64,000 nt of DNA from Pirellulales bacterium (GTDB taxonomy: Bacteria > Planctomycetota > Planctomycetia > Pirellulales > JAICIG01): contig JBBDYJ010000032.1 in the NCBI GenBank assembly GCA_040901675.1, positions 1-64,000 of the forward strand, given 5' to 3'. Below are positions 38,258 through 47,928 of the stretch, in pieces (position 1 is the stretch's first letter; each line of letters begins with the position of its first letter). A program made the translations under genes and the position numbers. Below the pieces are notes generated by a model. It saw only the letters and a program-made list of their open reading frames with translations, had not been told where the DNA came from and ran no database searches.

Positions 38258-38671
38258 TCAGCTCAGGCGTTTGGACGGAAATACGCCGTCGGCAATCAGT
38301 GCGTCACGGTGAGCGACTCGCTGAGCGGTATTGATTGCAAGAACAACGATCGTAGTCCTCGCAACTGGACTTAGCCCTTCGAGCACTCCGCCGTTCCAAG
38401 CAAAATGCGCGGGCCAGAGATCCTTTCGAGGGTGGAACAGTCGTGTAATCTCGCCGGTATCTGGGTCGATCCCCGCTATATTCGGTCCCTTGAAAAGATT
38501 GCAGTTGTAGCAGGCGAGTGCCAAGTTCGCCGCACGGGTGAGGCCGTTGTGCTTCAACGCAATAATGTGATCGACGTGGAAAGGAAGGCTATCGAAAGAT
38601 TGTGGCATCCGGCAGTATTCGCAGATGCTCTTTGCCCGGCGCCATACTCGCCGTTCCAAGGCTGCGCGCAT
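38258..38671 (-). CDS. HNH endonuclease
   Basis: CEYC, HVDHII, NLALACYNCN..KG, LFHPRKD.W..HF. Confidence 0.93.
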   Translation of the reverse strand: MRAALERRVWRRAKSICEYCRMPQSFDSLPFHVDHIIALKHNGLTRAANLALACYNCNLFKGPNIAGIDPDTGEITRLFHPRKDLWPAHFAWNGGVLEGLSPVARTTIVVLAINTAQRVAHRDALIADGVFPSKRLS

Positions 38672-38678
38672 GGCCGTC

Positions 38679-38954
38679 TCAAGAATCGGAGGCGGCGCTG
38701 AGGGACAACCTGGCCTTCGCCTGCATCAGAGATAGGAAGTTCCCAACGCGGGCATAGCGCTCCATTTCCAATCGTTCGAGGTCAGTGAGCGTGCCGGCAT
38801 TGTTCTTTTCCAACAAGGCGTGCATCCGCCGTACTTGCTCATCGGAGAACTGCAGGTCCAACAGGGAGCGGGCCACGTCAGGCGTCAGGGTTGGACGCTC
38901 CGGCGCGATGACGGCCGCGAGAATGTCGGCTTCGGTAACAGTGTTTGTTTCCAT
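38679..38954 (-). CDS. Small helical partner of HNH (antitoxin-like), probably leaderless
   Basis: RMHALLEKNNAGTLT..E..E...Y motif; TATACT 7 nt before ATG. Confidence 0.75.
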   Translation of the reverse strand: METNTVTEADILAAVIAPERPTLTPDVARSLLDLQFSDEQVRRMHALLEKNNAGTLTDLERLEMERYARVGNFLSLMQAKARLSLSAASDS

Positions 38955-39317
38955 GCCAATGAGTATACCAGAGGCTGAAGGTCGTGACACGGTTGCGTTT
39001 GCTTACACTTGTAGTAGCGACCGGAGTCCCCACACGTTTGGGCGGACAAATCGGTACGAGCAGGACTGAACTTGCTGTTCACGGCAATGCCACGGTGGTC
39101 AGTTGCGGACCAATCACCGGCCGTGTGCAGCGACGAGGCACTCTCCGCCTGAATTGCCTGGCCGCACTCGAAGGGCCCCAGCAACCAAAGCGCCCGGTAT
39201 GCCATTTGCTCATTACGGCGGCACTTTGGTGCGGCGGGCTCGATTACGGAGACCGCCCAAATTGGCCGCCGCCCCAGTCCTTCTTTCAGCCGCTTGCCGG
39301 CAAGTCGGAGGAGTGCC

Positions 39318-40961
39318 ATGCCCGCCCTGCAGAGCCGCCCGTTGATCGTTGTTGCCGCCTCGCTGGTGTTTGGCGGCCTGTTGGCCGTCGCCTATTCGCA
39401 GCAGAACGAATCGCAGCGCCGTGAAAGGCGCGAACAACGCGAAACGCGACAGCAGCGCGAGCAGGGCCGCCGCGGCGATCGCGGCCAAGGCCGCCAGCGC
39501 CCGCGCGGCGAGGCGGCGCGGCAGCGGCCGGTGGACGCGATCCAGGAAGCGCAGGTGCCGCGCGAGGCGGCGGTCAAGCGGCCCGAACAGGAAAAGACGG
39601 AGCACGACCGGTCCGACCGCTTTGCCGCGTCGAATGCCCCCAACAGCTCGCCCGCCTTGGAAGAGCAGCCCGAGAAAGGGCAGATCCTGGGATTCGACTT
39701 CTTCCGCGATCCGTTGAACGCCAAGCATCCGCTGCAGACGTTCGAGGAACTCATGCAGGCCGACGTGGAGGCAAAACCGCAGGTCATGGAGGCGCAGCGG
39801 CGGCTGTTGGAACAGCGCTATAATCTGGAACCGCGGCTGGATCCGGAAGTGACGATGTCGCGCGGCAAGCCGATTCCGATCGGACCGACGGCCCGGCTGC
39901 GCGAAGGCCTCGACTGGGATCAACTGGCCGAGATGAAGCCGGAGGAGATCCGGGCCCAGGATGTGTTCCCCTATCCGTCGCTGCCGCATCCGAAACACAC
40001 TCCCGGCGGCCAGGTCTTCCCGAAGATGCAGATCGAGATGTTCCCGCGGCTGGAGCGGTTCGACGTCGACTTTGATCTGCCCGACGCTTTCCTGCCCGAG
40101 TTTCCGCCGGCCATGTTTCTGCAGAACCGGCCGGAGCTGGGGGACGTGTCGCGGGGCGAAGTGGTCTCGATCAACAACTTCTACCGGTTGTTCAAGGACC
40201 TGCTCACGCCGGTGCAACTCGACGGCCTGCGGCTGCTGCTGACGCCCTTCCCGCAAGAGGAGTTCAATCCCACGGACGACCGCAAGAGCGCGCACCCCAG
40301 CCTGGGTGTGACCTGCCTCGACTGCCACGTGAACGGCCACACAACGGGCCAGTTCCATTTGAACCCGGACGATCGGCCCCAGCAGAGGCGATTGCGCCTC
40401 GACACCGTGAGCTTGCGCGGGGTGTTCAACCAGCAGATCCACGGCTCGAAGCGGAGCCTGCGGTCGGTCGAGGACTTTACCGAGTTCGAGCAGCGGACCG
40501 CCTACTTCAACGGCGACCCGATCCACGCCATGAAGAAGGGGTTCATGATTCTCGACCGGATCCAGGTCTCGCACATGGCGCAGATGCAGAACATGTTCGA
40601 TTTTCCACCGGCGCCTACGCTGGACAACACGGGCCGCCTGCGGCCGGATATGGCCAGCGAGAGCGAGCTGCGGGGCGAAAAACTGTTCATGGGCAAGGCC
40701 CGCTGCGCCCAGTGTCATCCGGCGCCGTTCTTTCTCGATCACCAGATGCACGACCTGGGCGTGGACCGGTTCGTCGACGAGGCTCCCATCGGGCCGATCA
40801 AAACGTTCACGCTGCGTGGCATCAAGGAGAGCCCGCCCTACATGCACGACGGCCGCTGCCTGACGCTGGAAGACACCGTCGAGTTTTTCAACCTGGTGCT
40901 CCAGCTTGGCCTGTCGGCCGAGGAGAAGACCGACCTGGTGGCCTACATGCGGCAGCTTTGA
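39318..40961 (+). CDS. Exported di-heme cytochrome c peroxidase/MauG-like protein
   Basis: Signal peptide, CLDCH, CAQCH, KTFTLRG..SPPYMHDG; GGAGGA RBS. Confidence 0.85.
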   Translation: MPALQSRPLIVVAASLVFGGLLAVAYSQQNESQRRERREQRETRQQREQGRRGDRGQGRQRPRGEAARQRPVDAIQEAQVPREAAVKRPEQEKTEHDRSDRFAASNAPNSSPALEEQPEKGQILGFDFFRDPLNAKHPLQTFEELMQADVEAKPQVMEAQRRLLEQRYNLEPRLDPEVTMSRGKPIPIGPTARLREGLDWDQLAEMKPEEIRAQDVFPYPSLPHPKHTPGGQVFPKMQIEMFPRLERFDVDFDLPDAFLPEFPPAMFLQNRPELGDVSRGEVVSINNFYRLFKDLLTPVQLDGLRLLLTPFPQEEFNPTDDRKSAHPSLGVTCLDCHVNGHTTGQFHLNPDDRPQQRRLRLDTVSLRGVFNQQIHGSKRSLRSVEDFTEFEQRTAYFNGDPIHAMKKGFMILDRIQVSHMAQMQNMFDFPPAPTLDNTGRLRPDMASESELRGEKLFMGKARCAQCHPAPFFLDHQMHDLGVDRFVDEAPIGPIKTFTLRGIKESPPYMHDGRCLTLEDTVEFFNLVLQLGLSAEEKTDLVAYMRQL

Positions 40962-40962
40962 A

Positions 40963-41039
40963 CTTGGGACTTGGGACTTGGAGCTTGGGACTTGGAGCTT
41001 GGGACTTGGAGCTTGGGACTTGGAGCTTGGGACTTGGAG
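40963..41039 (+). repeat. Heptamer array CTTGGGA/CTTGGAG x11
   Basis: Counted directly; alternating units give a 14-nt period. Confidence 0.95.
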
Positions 41040-41128
41040 AACGAGCTCGATGCTTGCCAGCGGCCGGGCGATTGGCACAATAGGGGCGCAGCCGCCATAT
41101 TCGACCTGATACCCAGGAGGACCGGGCC

Positions 41129-42148
41129 ATGAACGATGCGAATCGCCGCGACTTTTTGAAAGCCACCGCGGCGGGCGTCACGCTGGCGGGGCTGGGCGCC
41201 TCGGTGCTCTCGGCCCAGGAAGACAGCTCCGACGGCCTGCCCAAGCGGCCGCTGGGCAAGACGGGCCAAATGGTGTCGATCATCTGCCTGGGCGGCTGGC
41301 ACATCGGCGCCATCGAGGAGAAGCTGGCCGTGAACCTGATGCACCAGGCCATCGACGAAGGGATCACCTTCTTCGACAACGCCTGGGACTACCACGACGG
41401 CGGCAGTGAGGAAGTGATGGGCAAGGCCCTGGCCCAGGGCGGGCGGCGCGACAAGGTCTTCCTGATGACCAAGAACTGCGACCGCGATCGCCAGGGGAGC
41501 ATGAAGCACCTCGAAGAGAGCCTCCGCCGCCTGCAAACCGACCACATCGACCTCTGGCAGTTCCACGAGATCAACTACGACAACGACCCCGATTGGATCT
41601 TCGAGAGGGGGGGCATGGCCGCGGCCCTGGAAGCCAAGAAGGCCGGCAAGGTGCGGTACATCGGCTTCACCGGGCACAAGCACCCGGACATTCATCTCAA
41701 GATGATCAACAAGCCGCATGCCTGGGACACCGTGCAGATGCCGATCAACATCATGGACGCCCACTATCGCAGTTTCCAGAAAGAGGTCCTGCCGGTCTGC
41801 AACGAGCGGGGTATCGGCGTGCTGGGGATGAAGTCGCTGGCCGGCGGGCATCCCAAGGGGCGGCTGGCCGACAAGGCCGGCTTGGACGCCGCCGCCTGCC
41901 GGCGTTACGCACTGTCGCTTCCGATCAGCTCGCTGGTGTGCGGGATCATTTCGGCCAAGGACCTGAAGCAGGATGTTGGCGTGGCCCGCGGTTTCAAGCC
42001 CCTGGCGCAAGCCGAGCTGGACAAGTTGTTGGCCAGGACTGCCGCCGAAGGCACGGACGGCCGGCACGAGCTGTTCAAGTCGACGCAGGTGTTCGACGGG
42101 CCGTACCATCAGCGCCAGCACGGCTTCGAGCCGCAGGTCAGTGGCTAG
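41129..42148 (+). CDS. Tat-signal aldo/keto reductase
   Basis: NRRDFLK; FDNAWDY..G.SE, FLMTK, GKVRYIGFTGH. Confidence 0.93.
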   Translation: MNDANRRDFLKATAAGVTLAGLGASVLSAQEDSSDGLPKRPLGKTGQMVSIICLGGWHIGAIEEKLAVNLMHQAIDEGITFFDNAWDYHDGGSEEVMGKALAQGGRRDKVFLMTKNCDRDRQGSMKHLEESLRRLQTDHIDLWQFHEINYDNDPDWIFERGGMAAALEAKKAGKVRYIGFTGHKHPDIHLKMINKPHAWDTVQMPINIMDAHYRSFQKEVLPVCNERGIGVLGMKSLAGGHPKGRLADKAGLDAAACRRYALSLPISSLVCGIISAKDLKQDVGVARGFKPLAQAELDKLLARTAAEGTDGRHELFKSTQVFDGPYHQRQHGFEPQVSG

Positions 42149-42169
42149 TGGTCAGTGGCTAGTGGTCAG
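42140..42169 (+). repeat. Heptamer array AGTGG(CT/TC)
   Basis: Four units overlapping the AKR stop. Confidence 0.75.
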
Positions 42170-42246
42170 AGGCCTTCCGGTAATTCTCATCACCGACGAA
42201 CCACTCGCGGAGCGAGTGGACCAGATTGAAGTGGACCAGATCGAAA

Positions 42247-42780
42247 ATGCCTGCTCGCGTCGTGCTGGCTGAGGGAAAGCACCTGCGCCTCGTCCGCGAG
42301 GGGCATTGGGAATACGCCGAGCGGACGCGGGCCAGCGGGGCGGTAGTGCTGGTCGCCGTGACTGCCGATGGCTGTTTGCTGCTGACCGAACAGTACCGTG
42401 TGCCCTTGGCCTGCAAGGTGATCGAGCTTCCCGCCGGCTTGACGGGCGACGACGATGGACACGAGCAGGAGCCGGCGGAGCGGTCGGCTCGCCGAGAGCT
42501 GCTGGAAGAGACGGGCTACGAGGCGCACGAGATGAAGCTGTTGACGGTCGGGCCTCCGACGGCCGGGCTGGCCAACGAAGTGGTCAGCTTTTTTCTGGCC
42601 ACCGGGCTTTCCAAGACCGGCGCCGGCGGCGGCATCGAGTCGGAGGAGATCGTAGTCCACGAGGTGCCGCTTGCCGAAGTGCCGGCCTGGCTCGAGCAGC
42701 AGGCCGGTGGCGGGATGCTGATCGATCCGAAGGTTTATGCGGGGCTTTACTTCGCCGAACGCTCTGGACTTGGGTCTTAG
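42247..42780 (+). CDS. NUDIX hydrolase (ADP-ribose pyrophosphatase-like)
   Basis: QYRVP...IELPAG, ARRELLEETG Nudix box. Confidence 0.93.
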   Translation: MPARVVLAEGKHLRLVREGHWEYAERTRASGAVVLVAVTADGCLLLTEQYRVPLACKVIELPAGLTGDDDGHEQEPAERSARRELLEETGYEAHEMKLLTVGPPTAGLANEVVSFFLATGLSKTGAGGGIESEEIVVHEVPLAEVPAWLEQQAGGGMLIDPKVYAGLYFAERSGLGS

Positions 42781-42862
42781 GTCTTGGTTCTTTGTGCTTT
42801 GTGCTTTGGATCTATCGCGGGTGCCTGGTGGCAAAGCGGTAGCGTGCCCCAGAGACTGGCCC
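42769..42862 (-). repeat. Heptamer tract followed by a family A repeat
   Basis: CTTGGGT/CTTTGTG units; GGGTGCCTGGTGGCAAAGCGGTAGCGTGCCCCAG. Confidence 0.8.
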
Positions 42863-43010
42863 AACAGTTGAGGGCGGGGCTCTTGAAGGGGGCGGGCCGG
42901 ATCGGTCACAATGGTGGACTGATGGGCATGACGCCGAGTGACACGCGGCCGATCGGGAGACAGGCATGGCACCGCAATCGCCTAGGCATAAGCGCAAGAT
43001 GCAAATGGCG

Positions 43011-45284
43011 ATGCGCGGCTTCGCACGCATCGTGCTGGCGGCGATGCTGTGCGGGCCGGCACTGCTGCGGGCCGGGGAACCGGGCTTCGGGCGAGACGAC
43101 TGGCCGTTTCAGCCGCCGCTGCGGCCCGCGGTGCCCACGGTAAGCGACCCGTCCTGGGCCGTCAATCCGATCGACACCTTTATCCAGGCGGAGCTGGAGG
43201 CCGAGGGGCTGACGCCAAGCCCGCCGGCCGACAAGCTGACGCTGCTGCGCCGCGTGACGCTGGATTTGACCGGCTTGCCGCCCGGCATCGACGAGCAGGA
43301 CGCGTTTGTTGCGGACACGCGGCCCGACGCCTACGAGCGCGTGGTCGACCGGCTGCTCGACTCGCCCGCTTATGGGGAGCGTTGGGCCCGGCACTGGCTG
43401 GACCTGGTGCGGTACGCGGAGACCGACGGATTCAAGTCCGACGACCATCGCCCGAACGCCTACAAGTATCGCGACTGGGTGATCCAGGCATTCAACGCCG
43501 ACCTGCCCTATGACCGCTTCATTGCCTTGCAGTTGGCCGGCGACGAGCTGGAACCGGAAAACCCGCGGGCCTGGATCGCGACCGGGTTGAACCGGCTCTA
43601 TCCGGATGAATACAACGCGGCCAACCTCGAGCAGCGGCGGCAGGAGATTCTGGACGACATTACCGCCACGACCGGGTCGGTTTTCCTGGGCCTGACGATG
43701 GGCTGCGCGCAGTGCCACGATCACAAGTTCGACGAGATCTCGCAGGCCGACTACTTCAGCTTCCAGGCCTTCTTCGCTCCGCTGGTGGCCCGCGACGACG
43801 TCGACGCCGCCACTGCGGCCGAGCGGGACGACTACCGCCGCCGCCTGGACGAGTGGCAGCAGAGCACGCAGGGCATCCGCGACGAAATCGAAGCGCTGTT
43901 GGGCGAGAAGTACCACGAGGCGCGGCAATATGCCCTGACCAAGTTCCGCGAGGAGATTCAGCAGGCCGTCCGGCTCAGCGAGGCCGAGCGCACGCCATAC
44001 CAGCAGCAGATTGCCATCATGGCGCTCAAGCAGGCCGAGGCCAAGCAAGCGGAGGTCGTCGGCAAGCTGACGGAGGATGAAAAGCGCCGCTACGAGCAGC
44101 TTCAAGAGGAACTGCGGCAATTCGATGCCATCAAGCCGGCCCCGCTGGAGAAGGCCATGGCGGCCACGGATTTGGGCACTGCCGCTCCGCCGACATTCCG
44201 TTTGGACGGGGGCAACTGGCGGAGGCCGGCCGAGGAGGTCGAGCCTGGTTATCCCGCCTTCCTGAGCGGCTCGTCGGCCGAGGCGTGGCCCGCCGGCGTG
44301 GTGCCGCCCGAAAACGGGCAGCAGACCACGGGCCGCCGCTCGGCCTTGGCCCGCTGGTTGACGCGGCCCGACCACCCGCTCACGTCGCGCGTGATGGTGA
44401 ACCGCCTGTGGCAGCACCACTTTGGCGTGGGCATTGTGCCGACTCCCAACGACTTCGGGGCCCAGGGCGATCCGCCCAGCCATCCGCGGCTGTTGGATTG
44501 GCTGGCGGCCGAGCTCGTCGAGCACGGCTGGAGCCTCAAGCGGATGCACCGGCTGATGGTCACGTCGGCCACGTACCGGCAGGCCTCGCGGCTCGATCCG
44601 GCCAACGAGGCCCAGATCCAGGCCGGCCAGCGCGACGTTGGGAACAAGTTGCTGTGGCGTGCCCGCCGGCAGCGGCTGGAGGGCGAGGCGCTGCACGATG
44701 CGATGCTGGCGGTGAGCGGGCGGTATAACCGGCGGATGTTCGGCCCGAGCGCCAGGCCGCCATTGCCGGAGGGGATCAGCCCGAACTATGCCTGGAAGAG
44801 CGACGACGAGGCGAATACGAACCGCCGCGGCATCTACGTGCTGGCCAAGCGCAACCTGCGGTATCCGCTGCTGGACGCCTTCGACTTGCCCGACATGCAC
44901 CATAGCTGCGCCCGGAGGGCGCAAACCACAACCGCCCTGCAGGCCCTGGTGCTGGTCAACGGCGAGCTCGCGCTGGATTGCGCGAGGCACTGGGCCGGCG
45001 GGTTGCTGTCGGGCGGCAGTGTGTCGGGCGGCAGTGACGACGCCTGGCTGATCACGCAGGCCTACCGGCAGGCTTTCGGACGGTCGCCGGCTTCGGACGA
45101 ATCGAGCGCCGCCTCCGCGTTTCTGGCCGAGCAAGCCGAGCTGATCCGTTCGCGCGGCGTGCCGCCCGCGGCGGTAGCGCTGCCGCTGCCCTGCCCTGCG
45201 GGGCTCGACCAGGCGCGGGCCGCGGCGGTGGTCGACTTCTGCCACGCTTTGCTGAATGCCAACGAGTTTGTATACGTTGATTGA
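43011..45284 (+). CDS. DUF1549/DUF1553 (PSD1) protein (start uncertain)
   Basis: WPFQP, NPIDTFI, YGERWARHWLD, CAQCHDHKFD, PSHPRLLDWLA, LLNANEF. Confidence 0.93.
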   Translation: MRGFARIVLAAMLCGPALLRAGEPGFGRDDWPFQPPLRPAVPTVSDPSWAVNPIDTFIQAELEAEGLTPSPPADKLTLLRRVTLDLTGLPPGIDEQDAFVADTRPDAYERVVDRLLDSPAYGERWARHWLDLVRYAETDGFKSDDHRPNAYKYRDWVIQAFNADLPYDRFIALQLAGDELEPENPRAWIATGLNRLYPDEYNAANLEQRRQEILDDITATTGSVFLGLTMGCAQCHDHKFDEISQADYFSFQAFFAPLVARDDVDAATAAERDDYRRRLDEWQQSTQGIRDEIEALLGEKYHEARQYALTKFREEIQQAVRLSEAERTPYQQQIAIMALKQAEAKQAEVVGKLTEDEKRRYEQLQEELRQFDAIKPAPLEKAMAATDLGTAAPPTFRLDGGNWRRPAEEVEPGYPAFLSGSSAEAWPAGVVPPENGQQTTGRRSALARWLTRPDHPLTSRVMVNRLWQHHFGVGIVPTPNDFGAQGDPPSHPRLLDWLAAELVEHGWSLKRMHRLMVTSATYRQASRLDPANEAQIQAGQRDVGNKLLWRARRQRLEGEALHDAMLAVSGRYNRRMFGPSARPPLPEGISPNYAWKSDDEANTNRRGIYVLAKRNLRYPLLDAFDLPDMHHSCARRAQTTTALQALVLVNGELALDCARHWAGGLLSGGSVSGGSDDAWLITQAYRQAFGRSPASDESSAASAFLAEQAELIRSRGVPPAAVALPLPCPAGLDQARAAAVVDFCHALLNANEFVYVD

Positions 45285-45314
45285 GACTAACCGTACTTAC
45301 GGGAGAAAAAAGCA

Positions 45315-46745
45315 GTGAGCTCACACGGCAACCAGTGCCCCAGCCGGCGCGAGTTTCTGCTGCGATCGGGGGGCGGACTGGGCGCGCTGGCGTTGGCCGC
45401 TTTGACGGGCGATCGCGGGCCGCGTGCCGAGGCCGCGGCAACATCGAGCCCCTACGCCGCCAAGGCGCCGCATTTTGCTCCCCGCGCGACGAGCGTGATC
45501 TGGTGCTTTCTGGATGGCGGCCCCAGCCACATCGATCTGTTCGACCCCAAGCCGGAGCTGGACCGCCTGGCCGGCCAGCCGCTGCCCGACAGCTTCGGGC
45601 GCCCGGTGACGGCCATGGGTCGCACCGCCTTCACGCCTTTGCTGGCCACGAAGCGCAAGTTCAAGCAGCACGGCGCGGCGGGCACCTGGGTGAGCGACTG
45701 GTATCCCGAGATCGCCGGTTGCGTGGATGAAATTGCCGTGGTGCGAAGCTGCTACGCCGACGGGCTGAATCACGTGGGCAGCGTCTGCCAGATGAACACG
45801 GGCAGTGTGCTGGGCGGCAGGCCGTGCCTGGGGTCGTGGACCATCTATGGCTTGGGCAGCCAGGGCGAAGAGCTTCCCGGCTACGTGGTGCTGGCCGACT
45901 ATTCGGAGGATCCTCCGGGGGGCAGCCGCAACTGGTCGACGGGGTTCATGCCGGCCAGCTACCAGGGGACGCGGTTCCGCCCCGGCAGCTCGCCGATCCT
46001 TTACCTGGCGCCGCCGGCCCAGATTGCCGGCCGGCAGCAGCGCAACAAGCTGGAGTTCATCGAGCAATTGAACCGCCGGCATCAGCTTCTCCGGCGCGAG
46101 GACGACGAGCTGGAGGCCCGCATCGCGGCCTACGAGCTGGCCTACCGGATGCAGTCGGCAGCGCCGGAGGCGGTCGATTTCAGCGGCGAAACGGCCGATA
46201 CGCGCGAGCTGTACGGGCTGGACCGCAAGGAAACCGAGCGGGCGGCGCGCAACTGCCTGTTGGCGCGGCGGCTGGTCGAGCGGGGCGTGCGGTTCGTGCA
46301 GGTTTATTTCGGCAGCGGCAGCAAGTGGGACGCGCACGCCAACGTCGAGGGGAACCATGGCCGCTATTGCCTGGAGAGCGACCGGCCGATCGCCGGCTTG
46401 ATCAAGGACCTCAAGCGCCGCGGCCTGTTGGATACCACGCTGGTGGTGTGGGGCGGCGAGTTCGGCCGCACGCCGATGAGCGAAAGCGGCGACGGCCGCG
46501 ATCACAATCCCTACGGCTTCACGGTCTGGATGGCCGGCGGCGGCATTCGTGGCGGCCTGACGTACGGCAGCACCGACGAGATCGGTCTGTACGCGGTGGA
46601 GAACAAGGTGCACGTCCACGACCTGCACGCCACGATCTTGCACTTGTTGGGGCTCGACCACCTCGGGCTGACGTATTTTCACGACGGCCGCGACGAGCGC
46701 GCCACGATCAACGGCGGCAGCGTGGTCCACGGCCTGTTGGCGTAG
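45315..46745 (+). CDS. DUF1501 domain protein
   Basis: SRREFL, GGPSHIDLFDPKP, WDAH, GGEFGRTP, GRDHNP. Confidence 0.94.
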   Translation: MSSHGNQCPSRREFLLRSGGGLGALALAALTGDRGPRAEAAATSSPYAAKAPHFAPRATSVIWCFLDGGPSHIDLFDPKPELDRLAGQPLPDSFGRPVTAMGRTAFTPLLATKRKFKQHGAAGTWVSDWYPEIAGCVDEIAVVRSCYADGLNHVGSVCQMNTGSVLGGRPCLGSWTIYGLGSQGEELPGYVVLADYSEDPPGGSRNWSTGFMPASYQGTRFRPGSSPILYLAPPAQIAGRQQRNKLEFIEQLNRRHQLLRREDDELEARIAAYELAYRMQSAAPEAVDFSGETADTRELYGLDRKETERAARNCLLARRLVERGVRFVQVYFGSGSKWDAHANVEGNHGRYCLESDRPIAGLIKDLKRRGLLDTTLVVWGGEFGRTPMSESGDGRDHNPYGFTVWMAGGGIRGGLTYGSTDEIGLYAVENKVHVHDLHATILHLLGLDHLGLTYFHDGRDERATINGGSVVHGLLA

Positions 46746-46751
46746 TCTTAG

Positions 46752-46836
46752 ATAGCAGGACTCGCCAGAGGTAGCAGGACTCGCCAGAGTTCTGGTGGCT
46801 ATGGAGCGCGGCCCGAATTCTGGCGAATCCGGCTAC
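46752..46836. repeat. GTAG-type REP doublet (family B) with partial tandem duplication
   Basis: TAGCAGGACTCGCCAGAG x2 ... CCCGAATTCTGGCGAATCCGGCTAC, between convergent genes. Confidence 0.85.
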
Positions 46837-47357
46837 GACGATCCGTGATCCTTCTGGATCGCGCCGGACCAATCGAGCTCCAGCAAGAAGTGTCCGGTGG
46901 GCGCGAGGCCCATGCTCTTGTAGGTGTCGATGGCCCGCTGGTTGTGCTCGTCGACGTAGAGCCGCAGGCCGCACACCTCCGGCGACGAGCGGGCCAGCGC
47001 CTCGATGTGCGCGAAGAGCGCGCGGAACACGCCTTGGCGCCGATGTTCGGGAGCGACATAAACGCTCTGGATCCACCAGCAGACGCCGGCCCGCCAATCG
47101 CTCCATTCGTAGGTGAGCATCGTCTGGCCGATCGGCCGGCCGCCGACTTCCGCGATGAAGTAGCGGCATAGCTCCGGCTTGGCCAGAGCCAGCCGCACGC
47201 CCCTGGCCAGCACGCCGGGGTCGAGCCGCTTGCCCTCCGACTCCAGCGCCAGCCGCGCGTTGAAATCGACAATCGTCGGCGCATCAGCAGGCGCGGCGTC
47301 GCGGATGTGAAGTTCGGCGGCTGACGGGTTCAAGCTGTCCTCATCCAAGGTGCGCAT
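46833..47357 (-). CDS. GNAT family N-acetyltransferase
   Basis: EWSDWR, IQSVYV.PEHRRQGV, LRLYV...N..A..TY. Confidence 0.92.
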   Translation of the reverse strand: MRTLDEDSLNPSAAELHIRDAAPADAPTIVDFNARLALESEGKRLDPGVLARGVRLALAKPELCRYFIAEVGGRPIGQTMLTYEWSDWRAGVCWWIQSVYVAPEHRRQGVFRALFAHIEALARSSPEVCGLRLYVDEHNQRAIDTYKSMGLAPTGHFLLELDWSGAIQKDHGSS

Positions 47358-47910
47358 TGCCCGGGCCCGGCCCGGCGCTGAGCGAATCGGACCGCCGGAG
47401 CCAAAGCCAACGGGCCATTGTGGCGGCCACGAGTCCGAAAAGAAACGCGAAAAGCGAATGTCCCACCGCCACTGCATCGTGACGGGACGGTCCAACCAAC
47501 ACGACCGGAATGATGGCTGCGCCTGGCGGCCGATCATAGCGTATGACCGGCCCGGGCAAATCACCGGAAAAGCCCGGTGGGAGAGAGACTTCCTTCTGCA
47601 ATTGCTCGCTCAGGTATCCGAGTAGATGCGAGGTGGGCAAACCCGGGTACGATTCGGACACCGGTGCAAAAGCGGCCAGCAGATACAGTGCTCCCGCCAC
47701 CGCCAGGCCGGCCGCGAACACTCTGCGGTCGGCGCGGGCGAACATGGCGGTCAGCGCTGCGGCGCAAACGACGCAAAGCTCAATCCCGAACAACATGCTC
47801 GCCCAGAGGGGAGATGCAAAGCGGAATGCCGCGACGGCGACGGCGACGAATAGCACGGCGCTAAGCAGGCCCTTGAGCGAGAACCGTAGGACTCTGATGT
47901 AAGGCTTCAT
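47341..47910 (-). CDS. Four-TM membrane protein, paralog 3
   Basis: RFSLKGLL, LPTSHLLGYL, VGHSLFAFL. Confidence 0.8.
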   Translation of the reverse strand: MKPYIRVLRFSLKGLLSAVLFVAVAVAAFRFASPLWASMLFGIELCVVCAAALTAMFARADRRVFAAGLAVAGALYLLAAFAPVSESYPGLPTSHLLGYLSEQLQKEVSLPPGFSGDLPGPVIRYDRPPGAAIIPVVLVGPSRHDAVAVGHSLFAFLFGLVAATMARWLWLRRSDSLSAGPGPGNAHLG

Positions 47911-47928
47911 GAATGAGCCAGTCTCGTA

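Noticed and set aside
38218..38258. attC-like site after the HNH gene (ACTCAAC...GAGCTCGAC-like arm...GTTACGG on the minus strand)
   Set aside because: Only ~41 nt, poor R' box and arm pairing, single copy, no integrase.
38990..39290. ORFs or ncRNA upstream of the HNH pair
   Set aside because: No recognisable motif, codon bias or convincing stems.
40963..41039. Possible CRISPR array
   Set aside because: Contiguous 7-nt units with no spacers; no cas genes in the window.
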